The notes under the pieces are model-generated. The model was not told the origin of the DNA and ran no database searches. It worked only from the letters and a program-made list of their open reading frames with translations. The translations under genes and the position numbers were made by a program. Shown here one piece after another: positions 39,343-50,113 of a stretch of DNA of 64,000 bases. Origin of the DNA: an uncultured Acidobacteriota bacterium (GTDB lineage Bacteria; Acidobacteriota; Thermoanaerobaculia; Multivoradales; JAHEKO01); assembly GCA_963713825.1 (NCBI GenBank), contig CAVQNG010000003.1:224001-288000 (forward strand). Reading direction: 5' to 3'. The stretch's first letter is position 1; every line of letters begins with the position of its first letter.

Positions 39343-40802
39343 GCGACCTCAGAGCCTTCTTCACTCTCATCGGGCGCGATGCGTTCTTCTGGCTCGCCGC
39401 TCTCGGGTTGGGATGCGTCTCCATCCTCCTGGTCGCGATTACGCAGCCCCACGCTCCAACGGTCGACTACGTCGATGCCTTCATCCTGGCCAGCTTCGCC
39501 TTCCCCGCCCTGGCCGGTTGGCTGGCCGGGGCCATGATTCAGGAGCTGCAGACCTGCACCTTCACCTGGTCGCTTCCCAAAGTGCAGCCCAAGATCTCCC
39601 GAGGTTTCTTCACGTTCGGAGCGATCGTCACGGTCATCGTCGTGACCTTTGTCTCACTCCAGGGCTCGCCCTACAACCCGCTCGTGCTGGGAGCCGTCGG
39701 TCTGGCGGGCTATAGCTTCGGGGCCAACTACTACGGGCGGGTGACCTGGCACAGGACATGGCTCGCCACCATCTTTTCGCTGGCGGTCTTGTTCACCTCT
39801 CGAGGATTGGGCGGCCTGGCCAGTACGTATCCGGGGTCGACGGCCTTGTTGGCATTGGCGAGTGCCGGCTACTTCAGCTACGGCCTGCTGAGCGTCTCGA
39901 CCTTTCGGAAGGGGCGCTTTCGGTTACCGTCCCCTCTTCCAGGCGCCTTCTTCCTGCAGCGATCCCAGCGCTTCGAGCGACAGAAACAGGCGATGAGGAC
40001 ATCGCCTACCCGAGGGTGGCGATCGGGCTATCTAGGAAATACTCCCTGGAAATGGGTGCGTGCGGGTGTCCACGAAGCTTACGGCCCGCTGACTCTCGGG
40101 GTTGTCGGAAGGGCCATCGCCAGCACCTGGGTGTTGTGGCTGCTCGTCGCGCTTCACGCCTGGGTCGAGAGAGTCGAGGCGGGTGACGAGAGTTTTGGCA
40201 TCGCCCTCGGAAAGACCCTCCACGACGTTCTCCTCCGATCTCCGAATGTACCGCCGTACGGGGAGGAGGGGCCCTACGCGATGGTCGTCTTCGTCATCGC
40301 GGCCCTGGGCGCCATCCTGTGTCTCAAAGCCTCTGCGACTCCAAACAGCGGGGTGCTCTATCCCCTGTCTCGCAAAGCGTTTGCCGGCGTCGCCTTCCGA
40401 GGCGGGCAGGTAGAAGCCGGCTTCTACTTCGTGGCTATTTTCGTCGGCTTCCTTCTGGTGAGCCTGGTGGCCGGTGCACTGGTCGGCTACGAGACCCGCC
40501 TGGACTTCCTCCCCTTCTTTGTACGGCCGCTGATAGCGACTACAGTCCTGCTCCCACTGCTTCAATACGGACGGCTGCGAATGCAGGCCCCGGGTCGCCA
40601 GAAGGAGCAGAACGCCTTTCTGTTGGTCGTGGGCGGCGTCCTCGGGTTCGTCACGATGGTCTCGATCTGGACCTACTTCGCCCCACAGGTCTTCAGGACG
40701 ACGCGAGTCGAAATCGTCGCGTTCCTCGTCTTGCTGTTGACCTCTCGACTCGTCTACTGGGTCGCGGTGAGGCGCCACTTCGCCTCTGCCGACCTCGCCT
40801 GA
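39339..40802 (+). CDS. Multi-pass membrane protein, probable ABC permease
   Basis: About 12 TM segments; 4-nt overlap with the ATPase. Confidence 0.75.
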   Translation: MSDLRAFFTLIGRDAFFWLAALGLGCVSILLVAITQPHAPTVDYVDAFILASFAFPALAGWLAGAMIQELQTCTFTWSLPKVQPKISRGFFTFGAIVTVIVVTFVSLQGSPYNPLVLGAVGLAGYSFGANYYGRVTWHRTWLATIFSLAVLFTSRGLGGLASTYPGSTALLALASAGYFSYGLLSVSTFRKGRFRLPSPLPGAFFLQRSQRFERQKQAMRTSPTRGWRSGYLGNTPWKWVRAGVHEAYGPLTLGVVGRAIASTWVLWLLVALHAWVERVEAGDESFGIALGKTLHDVLLRSPNVPPYGEEGPYAMVVFVIAALGAILCLKASATPNSGVLYPLSRKAFAGVAFRGGQVEAGFYFVAIFVGFLLVSLVAGALVGYETRLDFLPFFVRPLIATTVLLPLLQYGRLRMQAPGRQKEQNAFLLVVGGVLGFVTMVSIWTYFAPQVFRTTRVEIVAFLVLLLTSRLVYWVAVRRHFASADLA

Positions 40803-40822
40803 CACGGCTGGTGTACCCTGAA

Positions 40823-41960
40823 ATGGTGACCAACTTCAGATTCCCTCGACTGGCGACGCTGGCCGTGGCGATCCTGGTGATCGGCTGCGGGGCCGACGAG
40901 GACAAACGAAATCCGGTCACCGCCGACCAAAATCACCTGGCACCTTCGGGGGCGATCGAGGTGGTGATCGAACTCGACACACCGCCCGGAAACGTCACGG
41001 TGGCGCCCGATGGGCGCGTCTTTTTCACGTTTCATCCGGCGGCGAAGCCGGCCTTGCATGTCGCCGAGGCTCTACCCGGCGGGAGCTTCGAGGTCTTCCC
41101 GGACATCGAGTGGCAGGAGCCGCGGGAGGACGGCCCCTACTTCGTTTCGCCTCTATCCTTGAGGGCCGACCGAAAAGGAAGGCTCTGGGTGCTCGACCAT
41201 GGAGACTTCGGCAAGGAGACGCCCAGCCTCACCGCCTTCGACATCGCCTCTCGAGTGATGGTCCATCGGGTCGAGTTCCCGAAAGACATCGCCAACTGGG
41301 GCTCGATGCTGAACGACTTCTGGGTCGACGACGAACGGGAGATCGTCTACATCGCCGATACCAGCGCCTACGACTTAGACCCCGCATTGATCGTCTACGA
41401 CATCGCTTCGCAAGGTGCCACCCGTCTTTTGGAGGATGACGTTTCGGTGAAGCCCGAGGACCATCACATGGTGGTCCAGGGCCGCTACATCAAGGTTTTC
41501 GGCATTCCCCTGCGGGTGGCTGTCGATTCGATCGCGCTGTCAGCCGACGGCTCGACGCTCTACTTCGGTCCCATGACCGGATCTCGCATGTACCGGATTG
41601 ATACCGAGTCTCTCCGTGACGCAAGCCTCGACAGAGTCCGAACTCGCGTCTCGAGTCCTGGAACATGGCAGCAAGCCCTCGACCGACGGCATCGCGGCCG
41701 ATTCGAAGGGCAACCTCTACCTCACCGCCATCGAGCACGACGCCGTCTGGGTGATGAGGCCCGATGGCAGCCTACAGGTGCTGGCGCAGGATCCCGAGCT
41801 TCTTTCCTGGCCAGACGGCGTCCACCTCTCTCCTGACGAGCGATGGCTCTACGTCACCGCGAGCGAGCTGCAGCATGTCCTGGGGGCCGATCTGGATGCG
41901 CTGCCGACGCAGCAGCCGTTTCGGATTCTGAGGATCCCGTTGCCAGCGGGCCTGCTGTGA
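40823..41960 (+). CDS. Major royal jelly protein/Yellow-like beta-propeller lipoprotein; frameshift near 41630
   Basis: Lipobox LVIG-C; PPGNVTV..DGRVF, LWVLDHG, YIADTS, DSIALSADG, then STDGI..LSWPDG in the second frame. Confidence 0.8.
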
Positions 41961-42013
41961 GATCGACCTGACCGCTCTCGCAGCCAGGCCTATCCCTCAG
42001 GTCAATTTACTCT

Positions 42014-42799
42014 TCAGGTTGGTTTGTTGGCCCGGAAGTTGATTCCGAGCGTGCCGAAGCTCGCCGCCGAGGACTGTTGAGGCGCACCGGCGAAGACCTC
42101 GTCTCGCCATGTGATCTCGAAGTCTTCGAACCCGGCCGCTTCGACCACCGCCTCGAGCTCTGCTTCCAGCAGAGCACCGGCGATTCAGCCCTTCCACAGA
42201 TCGATGTTCTGCTTGGCGCCATCCGGTACGGCCTTCTGCACCATGATGTCGCCGATCTGTAGCCTGCCTCCCGGCTTCAGGGCCCGATTCATCTCCTGGA
42301 AGAGGCCGACCTTGTCTGGGGCGAGATTCACCACTCCGTTCGAGATGATGACGTCGGCCCAACCGTCCTCCACCGGTAGCGACTCGATGAACCCCTGGCG
42401 GAACTCCACGTGGCCCATGCCGGCCGCAGCAGCAGCCAGTCGCGCCTTGCCGATCATCTCGGGCGTCATGTCGATCCCGATGACCTGTCCGGTGTGCCCG
42501 GCCAGCTTGCCGGCAATCAGGCTGTCGATTCCCGCACCCGAGCCAAGGTCTACAACCTTCTCGCCCTCTGCGATTTCACCCAGGCTGAATGGGTTGCCGG
42601 TTCCGGCGAAGGACTCGATCGCCGCTTCGGGGATCCCTTCGAGAAGGGACGGGGAGTACCCGAGAATTCCAGCCAGCTTCCTTCCGGTGTGGAAGTGGAA
42701 CCCCTTGTCAGGGTTCTTCGCGACGCTGGCGTACTCCTTCTGGATCTCGCCGCGCAGCTCATCGACATCGACGTTTGGAACGGGAGGGGCGACCGTCAT
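42014..42799 (-). CDS. ArsM-like SAM-dependent methyltransferase, predicted selenoprotein (UGA at 42185-42187)
   Basis: VVDLGSGAGID, GIDMTPEM and ISNGVVNL; reading LWKG-UGA-IAGAL continues in frame to TGA 42014 (..EAAGF.....GINFRANKPT). Confidence 0.85.
42149..42182 (-). promoter_or_regulatory. Bacterial SECIS-like hairpin
   Basis: After UGA: AU-CGCC-GGU-GCUCUGCU-GGA-AGCAGAGC-UCGA-GGCG; perfect 8-bp upper stem with a G-led loop starting 18 nt after UGA. Confidence 0.75.
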
Positions 42800-43305
42800 C
42801 CCTCGGCCCTCTCGTACTGGATCTCCATCGCCTTGAACTCCTGCCCCTCGCGGGTGAAGAAGCTCTCCATCGAGTGGTGGTCGTCGTCCTTCAGGGTGAT
42901 CACTGAGCGCTTCGACATCGTTCCGCCCTCGGGATCGACCATCTCACTGGTCATCGTCCAGACTTTGCCCGTCTCGTCCACACTGCCGGTCTCGAGTTGC
43001 ATTATGGTGCTGGCGTTGTCGATCCAATAGCCCTCGAACCGTTTGGCCATCCGGTTGTAGCCCCAGAAACCGTGGCCTCTGAAGCTCGGGAAGGGACCGT
43101 CATTGGGATCCCCGACGTATTTCTGGCGCAGGTAGCGCCCATCGAGAACCATGATGTTGGTCATGGTGCCGGTAGAGACCATGGGGTCTCCGGGGCCCAT
43201 CCAGAGTTGCACCTCGGCACGAAAGGTCCCGAGGAACGGCCTCAGGAGCTTGTGCTCCGGGCCTGGAGACATGGCTTCCGCACCCGCCTGTGCTTCTTCC
43301 GTCAT
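42796..43305 (-). CDS. DUF1579-like protein
   Basis: PGPEHKLL..G, GRYL.Q..G.GFWGYN..F.GYWIDN.ST and MEIQYER; RBS GGAGG. Confidence 0.8.
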   Translation of the reverse strand: MTEEAQAGAEAMSPGPEHKLLRPFLGTFRAEVQLWMGPGDPMVSTGTMTNIMVLDGRYLRQKYVGDPNDGPFPSFRGHGFWGYNRMAKRFEGYWIDNASTIMQLETGSVDETGKVWTMTSEMVDPEGGTMSKRSVITLKDDDHHSMESFFTREGQEFKAMEIQYERAEG

Positions 43306-43309
43306 GAAC

Positions 43310-44765
43310 TCACCTCCGAAACAGCGTGAATGTTGCGGGCATTCTAGCCGATCGGGCGCGAGACCACTCGAGTGCGACAAGGGCGGCGAAGAGTCCATAC
43401 TCCAGCCAGAGCCACCATGCTCGCTCGATGCCGTCGAGGTAGATCAAGTAGGACAGCAGGCTCAGCCCTGTCAGGCCAATCCAGGACCAGCACCCCACAA
43501 CAGCCGCCAAGGGCAACGCCCAAAGCAGATACCAGGGCATGACAGCAGAGTGCAGGAGCACGACCGCCGCGAGAATGAAGAAAGCGACCCTGAGGATGCT
43601 GTCCTTCGAGGGGCGTGAGAACCACGGCAAGACAACAATCGCCACCAGGCTCAGGAGCTTTGTCGTCCAGTGGGCCCAGGCCGTCGGATCGGAGGTGCCA
43701 GCCACCTTTGCCAGCCAGCGGATAGCGGCCCAGGGGCCGGAGTTGAAGGTCCATTCCCGGGCGTAGGCACCCAGGCCGCCCGACAGTGCCACCAATCCAC
43801 CGAGCATTGGCAGGCTACCGAGCGCAAGCACGGCGAAAAGAACGACACCAGAGGACAGGTCGGGTGTGCCGTAGGAAGAGAACTCCGAGAGCCGCCGACC
43901 CTACCTTCGCCAGGATGCTGAGCGCCAGAGCTCCGAGTGCCGCCGCCTGGCGCTTCTGGACCAGGCAGAGCAGGGCCAGCATCATCAGAAACACCATCAC
44001 CGCGTCGAGGTGGCCCGAGCCGGCGAACTCCTTGATCGCCAGCGGATTCCACGCGTAGAGGAGGACGTACGATCGGTTCCTCCCAACGGCTCCAAGAAGC
44101 GAGAGCACCACCCAGCAGGTACCCAGATCGGCGAGGACGATCAGCAGCTTCCAGACGAAGACACTGGCAGGTGCCAGCCGATTCGAGAGGCCAAAGAGAT
44201 ACTGGGCCAAGGGCGGGTAAACCGTTCTGTAGCCCTGGAAGCTGACGTTGTCGACGACATCCCACCAGACTTCTTCTTCAAGAAGCGCGGCGTGGGGCTC
44301 CGATCCTTCCTCGGCAGAAGTGATGACTTCCTGCGGCGTAGTCTCGTAGGGAGAGACCCCGTTGGCCGTCAGATGCCCGTCCCAGAGATACCGCCAAACA
44401 TCGTTGTCGTAGATGAGAAACGGGGAATAGCCAGTCGCTGTTCCCGAGAGGTCGTTCGCCAAGGCTGCCACCGGCCTATCGTGAGGCAAGCCCGCAAAGA
44501 GTAGAATGAAGCGGAAGACCACCGCGAAGGCCAGAATCGTGGCCACCGAGGCGCGCTTTCGGTCGCTCTTGCTGTGAACCAGCAGAGCAGCCACTGCGTA
44601 AATAGCAAATAGCGCCCCAAAGGCCACGAGGAAGCCGACCACATCTCGCAGTGCGTTGGAGAATTGCAGGCGGAAGGCGACAAGGAGATAGACGAGAGCG
44701 GAGAGGGACCCGAGAAGTGCCACCGGTACCCGTCCTTCGAGTCGTTTCCAAAACCTGGCCATCAT
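43310..44765 (-). CDS. GT-C-type integral membrane glycosyltransferase (GT87/DUF2029-like); frameshift near 43840
   Basis: NDVWRYLWDG, TVYPPLAQ, YAWNPL..EFAGSGHLD, WTFNSG and MPWYLLW. Confidence 0.8.
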
Positions 44766-44800
44766 CTACCTCGATTGAACGACTTGAAACGGACCCCATT

Positions 44801-45199
44801 ATGCGACGAACAGCGCTCATAGCCACCGTCATTCTGTTTTTGACCGGAATCCCCGGTCTCGAGGCGTCGACGCCGAACCAGGGAGCCTCCGATGCCCCGC
44901 ACGAGTTGCCGACCGGAGCCTCGGCAACCGCGGTCGTCGCCCATCTCAAGTGCACGATTACCGAAGTCCGCCCGGGCCAGGTCCTGAGGATTCTCGACGA
45001 CGAGACCGAGCAAGTTCATCTGCTCGAGTTCACGCCCTCGATTCCTCTGCAGGCCAAGAACAAGAAATCCTTCGATGGTCGCAAGGACCTCGACTTCGAG
45101 GATCTGGCCGCGGGACAGCGAATCAAGATCACCTACAAGATCGCAACGAACGAGATCTTGAAGATCAAGGTCCTCGACCAGGCTCCCGTTCTACGCTGA
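44801..45199 (+). CDS. Hypothetical exported protein (OB-fold-like)
   Basis: Signal peptide; DLAAGQRIKITY-type beta pattern. Confidence 0.55.
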   Translation: MRRTALIATVILFLTGIPGLEASTPNQGASDAPHELPTGASATAVVAHLKCTITEVRPGQVLRILDDETEQVHLLEFTPSIPLQAKNKKSFDGRKDLDFEDLAAGQRIKITYKIATNEILKIKVLDQAPVLR

Positions 45200-45233
45200 G
45201 ATTCCCAACCGCCGAAGTCGTAGAATCGTCGCG

Positions 45234-45981
45234 ATGCTGATCCGACGGTGCTGGATCGCTGTTGCTCTGTTGTTGGTCTGCGAACTCGCGGTCGCCGACG
45301 AGATCAGGGTCGCTGTAGCCTCGAACTTCGCAACCACCTCCGAAGCGATTGCCCAGCGATTCGAAGAGATCACGACCACACAAGTAATCCTGGTCTTCGG
45401 CTCGACGGGAAAGCACTACGCCCAGATCCGGAATGGAGCCCCATTCGAGGTCTTCTTTGCCGCCGATGCGCGGCGCCCTGAACTGCTGGAGAGCGCTGGC
45501 CTGACGGTGCGTGAGAGTCGCTTCACCTACGCTATCGGCCGACTCGTTCTGTGGAGCCCCGAAGAAGGACTCTGTCGATACCGAGGGGCGAATCCTCGAT
45601 AGCGGTGACTTCAGACATCTCGCCATTGCGAACCCCGAGCTCGCTCCTTACGGCAGGGCCGCGCAGGAGATGCTGCAGTCCCGTGGGCTCTGGGCGAGCC
45701 TCGAGCGACGCCTGGTGCGCGGTGAGAACATCGGCCAGGCCTTCCAGTTCGTCAAGAGCGGCAACGCAGAGCTGGGATTGGTCGCCTTGTCACAACTGAC
45801 GAGCCCCGAACGAGAATCGGAGGCAGGCTCGCGATGGGTGGTGCCGGAGACTCTCCACTCACCCATCCAGCAGCAAGCGGTCCTTCTTGTAGACACAGCC
45901 GCGGCGCGCTCCTTCCTGGAGTTCATCAAGAGTAGCGAAGCCAGATCCATCATCCGAAGCCACGGCTACCAGACTCCCTGA
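45234..45981 (+). CDS. modA: Molybdate ABC transporter substrate-binding protein (frameshift near 45570)
   Basis: [24 protein letters not shown] and [10 protein letters not shown], then [14 protein letters not shown] and GENIGQA. Confidence 0.9.
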
Positions 45982-45998
45982 GTAAGATCCCTTCGACC

Positions 45999-46679
45999 AT
46001 GCTCACCGAGACCGATCTCGCGGCGCTCTGGATCACCCTGAAGTTGGCGGGGCTCACCACTCTGATTCTCATTCTCGTGGGCACACCGCTGGCCTGGTGG
46101 CTTTCCCGCACCCGCTTCCGAGGCAAGGTGATCGTGGAAGCTATTGTGGCTCTGCCTTTGGTACTGCCACCCACGGTATTGGGCTTCTACCTTCTGTTGG
46201 CTCTGGGGCCACACGGTCCCGTCGGCAAGATGATGCAGGCAATGGGAGGCCACGCACTCGCCTTCACCTTCGCAGGTCTCGTGGTGGGCTCGGTGCTCTA
46301 CTCCCTGCCCTTCGTGGTCCAACCGCTGCAGGATGCCTTTGCCACCGTTGGCAGGCGCCCCCTGGAAGTGGCAGCCACCCTTCGGGCTTCACCCTTGGAT
46401 CGTTTCCTCACCGTGGCGGTGCCTCTGGCCCGGCCAGGATTCCTGACCGCCGCGGTTCTCGGTTTTGCCCACACGGTGGGCGAATTCGGTGTCGTCCTGA
46501 TGATCGGCGGCAGCATCCCCGGTGAGACCCGGGTCCTGTCTATCGCCATCTACGAGCACGTCGAGGCGCTCGAGTACGGCCGGGCTCATGTGCTGGCGGG
46601 AGGGCTGTTGATCCTCTCATTCTTCCTGCTGCTGGCGGTCTACGCATGGAATCGACGCTTCAGGCTGGTGCCCTCATGA
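45999..46679 (+). CDS. modB: Molybdate ABC transporter permease
   Basis: [15 protein letters not shown] and [23 protein letters not shown]. Confidence 0.95.
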   Translation: MLTETDLAALWITLKLAGLTTLILILVGTPLAWWLSRTRFRGKVIVEAIVALPLVLPPTVLGFYLLLALGPHGPVGKMMQAMGGHALAFTFAGLVVGSVLYSLPFVVQPLQDAFATVGRRPLEVAATLRASPLDRFLTVAVPLARPGFLTAAVLGFAHTVGEFGVVLMIGGSIPGETRVLSIAIYEHVEALEYGRAHVLAGGLLILSFFLLLAVYAWNRRFRLVPS

Positions 46680-47743
46680 GCATCGAAGCGAGATTGCGGA
46701 TCGACCACGGGGCTTTCATCCTCGACGCCGAGTTGTCGGTGCCCGATCGCGGCGTGACGGCGATCTTCGGACCTTCCGGGTGTGGCAAGACCACTCTCCT
46801 GCGTGCGATCGCAGGTCTCGACCGCGGACCCGATGGCTACCTGAAGGTAGGCGAAGCTATCTGGCAGGACGCAGACACCTTCATCCCGCCCCACCGACGC
46901 CCGCTCGGCTACGTCTTCCAAGAAGCGAGCCTTTTTTCTCACCTGTCGGTGAAAGGAAACCTCGAGTACGGCTACAAACGGGTGGCACCCGGCGAGAGGC
47001 GGGTGGCCTTGGACCAGGCTACGGAGCTCCTGGGAGTCGACCCTCTCCTGAATCGCGATACGGATGACCTGTCGGGAGGCGAGCGTCAGCGGGTGGCTAT
47101 CGCCAGGGCCCTGTTGACGAGCCCTGATTTGTTGCTCCTGGACGAACCACTGACCGGTCTGGACGTGGACAGCAAAGCGGAGATCGTGCCGTACCTGGAG
47201 CGACTCCACGAAGAGCTCGAGATTCCGGTCCTCTACGTCAGTCATTCGCCTGACGAGGTCGCGCGTCTGGCCGACCACATAGTGCTCTTGCAGGCCGGCA
47301 GGGTTCTCGCTGCAGGCGAAATCCGGCAGATGCTGACCCGCAGCGATCTGCCACTCTTCCACGGCGACGAGGCCGAGGCGATCCTCGAGGCTACCGTCGT
47401 CGGTCACGACGAGACCTACGAGCTCACTCATCTCGAGTTCCCAGGTGGGCGCTTCAACGTAACCCGCAGTGATCTGGAGGTCGGCCAGCTCGTGCGGCTC
47501 CGCATCCTGGCCCGCGACGTCAGCCTCACCCTGGAGCACCAGACCGACACCAGCATCCTCAACATCATCCCGGTGACCGTGGAGGAGCTCATCCCTGAAG
47601 GCCCAGCACAGGTCATGGTGAGACTCTCGGCTGGCGGCATGCCCATCCTCTCCCGCATTACCCGACGCTCGGCGGACGCGCTCCAACTCGCCCCAGGCAA
47701 GCGGGTCTACGCCCAGATCAAGACCGTCGCACTGCTGGCTTGA
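46676..47743 (+). CDS. modC: Molybdate ABC transporter ATP-binding protein
   Basis: [22 protein letters not shown] and C-terminal TOBE (..VYAQIK). Confidence 0.95.
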   Translation: MSIEARLRIDHGAFILDAELSVPDRGVTAIFGPSGCGKTTLLRAIAGLDRGPDGYLKVGEAIWQDADTFIPPHRRPLGYVFQEASLFSHLSVKGNLEYGYKRVAPGERRVALDQATELLGVDPLLNRDTDDLSGGERQRVAIARALLTSPDLLLLDEPLTGLDVDSKAEIVPYLERLHEELEIPVLYVSHSPDEVARLADHIVLLQAGRVLAAGEIRQMLTRSDLPLFHGDEAEAILEATVVGHDETYELTHLEFPGGRFNVTRSDLEVGQLVRLRILARDVSLTLEHQTDTSILNIIPVTVEELIPEGPAQVMVRLSAGGMPILSRITRRSADALQLAPGKRVYAQIKTVALLA

Positions 47744-47819
47744 TTCGATCTGTCGGTCCGATCTCCTCCAATCGCCTCCCGGAAGCGGTGGGTGCCGGGT
47801 GTTTCTAGAGGAGCTTTCA

Positions 47820-47867
47820 TTGACAAAATGAAACGTTTGTTTAATATGACCGTTTGAAACAGCGATT
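47820..47867 (+). promoter_or_regulatory. Promoter/TetR operator region
   Basis: TTGACA(47820)-N16-TAATAT overlapped by dyad TGAAAC-GTTT-GTTTAA and a second degenerate TGAAAC site. Confidence 0.6.
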
Positions 47868-47878
47868 GGGAGCCATCT

Positions 47879-48586
47879 ATGGAAACCCCCACGAGCCACT
47901 GTGATCACCTTCCCGACCGAGAGGAGACCCACGAGAGGATCCTCCAGGCTGCCGAGAATCTCTTCTCCTCCAAGGGATTCGAGGCCACTTCGGTACGTGA
48001 CATCACCACCGAGGCCAGCTGCAACGTCGCCTCGGTGAACTATCACTTCGGCGGCAAGGAGAACCTCTACCTCGAGACCTTCCGGAACCTCTTGAGCGAA
48101 GTCCGAGACCGGCGAATCGAGTCGATGCGCCGCGACATGGCCGCGAGACCCGACATGAGCCTCGAGGACTTCGTCGAGAGCTTCGCCTCGGCCTTCATGG
48201 AGCCGCTTGTGGACCAAAGTCGTGGCCGGTTCTTCCTGGGCTTCTTCGCCCACGAGTTGAACGATCCTCATCTTCCTCCGCGAGTCTTCGTCGAGGAGTT
48301 CATCCGACCGCTCGCCCAGGTCTCGATCGAGGGCTTCGAGCAGTTCGGACCGCCCATGGAGCCGATGGTGCAGCGACTCTGCCTCATGTCGGTGGTCGGT
48401 CAGCTTCTGCACGCCCTCAAGGCCCGTCTTCTTTTCTCGGACGACGTCGAGCCCGTCATGGTGCCAGCCGATTTGCAGGAGCATGTGCGCCACATCATCC
48501 GCTTCTCGGCAGGCGGCATCCGGGCCTGTGCCGCTACCCAGTTGAAGCCCGCCGAGACAGCTCCGACCACAGAGGCAACATCATGA
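47879..48586 (+). CDS. TetR/AcrR (CecR-like) regulator
   Basis: RILQAAENLFSSKGF..TSVRDI..NVASVNYHFGGKENLY. Confidence 0.92.
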   Translation: METPTSHCDHLPDREETHERILQAAENLFSSKGFEATSVRDITTEASCNVASVNYHFGGKENLYLETFRNLLSEVRDRRIESMRRDMAARPDMSLEDFVESFASAFMEPLVDQSRGRFFLGFFAHELNDPHLPPRVFVEEFIRPLAQVSIEGFEQFGPPMEPMVQRLCLMSVVGQLLHALKARLLFSDDVEPVMVPADLQEHVRHIIRFSAGGIRACAATQLKPAETAPTTEATS

Positions 48587-50079
48587 TTCGATCCACATGG
48601 CTCGCCGCGGTGGTCGCAGGTGCCACCCTTTTTTGGTTGAGTGGCTGTACCCTGGGGCCGGACCCTGCCCGACCTGTCACGGCAGCCGACGCCGCCGACA
48701 CCTACGTCTATGCCAAGGCCCAGGAATCCATCGATTCTCCCTCCGTCACAGCCTGGTGGAGGACTTTCGGCGACCCGACAACAGTCGAATTGGTCGAGCT
48801 CGCGCTGCAGAACAACACCGATCTGCAAGCCGCTGCGGCGCGGGTTCTCGAAGCCGAGGCTGCTCTTCACCGGGCCCGTGGTGCCCGACTGCCCCAGGTG
48901 GGAGTCGGTGCTTCCGCCACGGACCAGAGGTTTTCGTTCGTCCTCCCCGAGGTCGGCCGCCGAACGATCGATTCAACCACCTATTCCTACAACTTCAACG
49001 TCTCCTGGCAGGCTGACCTGCTGGGTCGACTCAAGCGCACACAGCAGGCCAACTGGGCAAGCCTCATGGCTCAAGAGGAGGCACAGGAGGCCCTGGTCCA
49101 TACGGTCGTTTCCCTGGTCGTCCGCTCGCGAGTCCTCGTGGCGACTGCCGAGCGGGCCCTCGAGATCACTCGGCAGATCACCAAAAGCTGGGAGTCGACG
49201 ACCAACACGGTCGAGCGTCGGTACCGCGCCGGCCTGGCGGGAGCCGTAGAGCTTCACCTCGCTCGCGAGAATCTAGCCGCCGTGCGCGCTTCGGAAGCGG
49301 TCATCGCCGGCCAGCTGGATCAGGCTCGACTGGCACTCGATGTCGTGGTGGGAAGGCGACCTGGCAGTAGCGACCCACTACCCGACACGCTCCCCGAGCT
49401 ACCATCTCTGGAGCCGGTCCCGCTCGGTCTTCCCGCCTCCCTGCTCGATCGTCGTCCAGACTTGCGACAGGCGGAGATGCAACTCGCCGCCGCGACCTAC
49501 GGCGTCGGCGCCGCCATCGCCAACCTCTATCCCGACCTCAGTCTCACCGGGTCGATCGGCGCCTCGGCCGACAAGATCAACGACCTCACCCTCGACGACG
49601 GTTTGGTCTACAACGCAGTGGCCAATCTCGTCGGGCCGATCTTCTCGGGCGGTCAGCGCCGTGCCGACGTGGACGCGGCCAAGGCCCGCGTCGAACAGGC
49701 AACCGCCCTCTACGCAGGTGCCGTGCTCACCGCCTTGCGCGAGGTCGAGGATGCCCTGGTTCTTGGTGAGTCGACGACTCTCAACTGGGAATTCTCGGAT
49801 CTGCGGGTCTCTGAAGCGCGCGCCGCCGATCGGCTCGCAAAACAGCGCTACCAGCGAGGCGTGGAGACCCTGCTTACGGTTCTTGAAACCGAACGCCGAT
49901 TGCGCCTAGCGGAGCAGGCCATCATCACCGCTACTGCGGATGTCTGGAACGCGCGCATCGACTTGTTTCTGGCCCTGGGTGGGGACTGGGGAACCGACTT
50001 GCTCGTGACCGAAGCCGCCGCACCAGAGTCCGACGAGGACCCCACTCAAGAAATATCCGCCAAGACTTCAATCCGCTGA
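48583..50079 (+). CDS. RND efflux outer-membrane factor (NodT/OprM family lipoprotein)
   Basis: Lipobox LSG-C, WW..FGD, LLDRRPD and LFLALGGDW. Confidence 0.92.
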   Translation: MIRSTWLAAVVAGATLFWLSGCTLGPDPARPVTAADAADTYVYAKAQESIDSPSVTAWWRTFGDPTTVELVELALQNNTDLQAAAARVLEAEAALHRARGARLPQVGVGASATDQRFSFVLPEVGRRTIDSTTYSYNFNVSWQADLLGRLKRTQQANWASLMAQEEAQEALVHTVVSLVVRSRVLVATAERALEITRQITKSWESTTNTVERRYRAGLAGAVELHLARENLAAVRASEAVIAGQLDQARLALDVVVGRRPGSSDPLPDTLPELPSLEPVPLGLPASLLDRRPDLRQAEMQLAAATYGVGAAIANLYPDLSLTGSIGASADKINDLTLDDGLVYNAVANLVGPIFSGGQRRADVDAAKARVEQATALYAGAVLTALREVEDALVLGESTTLNWEFSDLRVSEARAADRLAKQRYQRGVETLLTVLETERRLRLAEQAIITATADVWNARIDLFLALGGDWGTDLLVTEAAAPESDEDPTQEISAKTSIR

Positions 50080-50113
50080 GAGTGACTCGAGCTAGCTTTC
50101 TATACGAGGTGCT

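Noticed and set aside
40319-40822. N-terminal extension of the MRJP ORF
   Set aside because: Overlaps the permease; the lipoprotein signal begins at ATG 40823.
42014-42016. Second selenocysteine at the terminal TGA
   Set aside because: An in-frame stop follows a few codons later, there is no convincing SECIS, and the domain is complete.
45560-45580. Programmed frameshift in modA (and others)
   Set aside because: No slippery site or stimulator; consistent with the window-wide indel noise.
46640-48493. 617-aa minus-strand ORF
   Set aside because: Antisense to modC and tetR.
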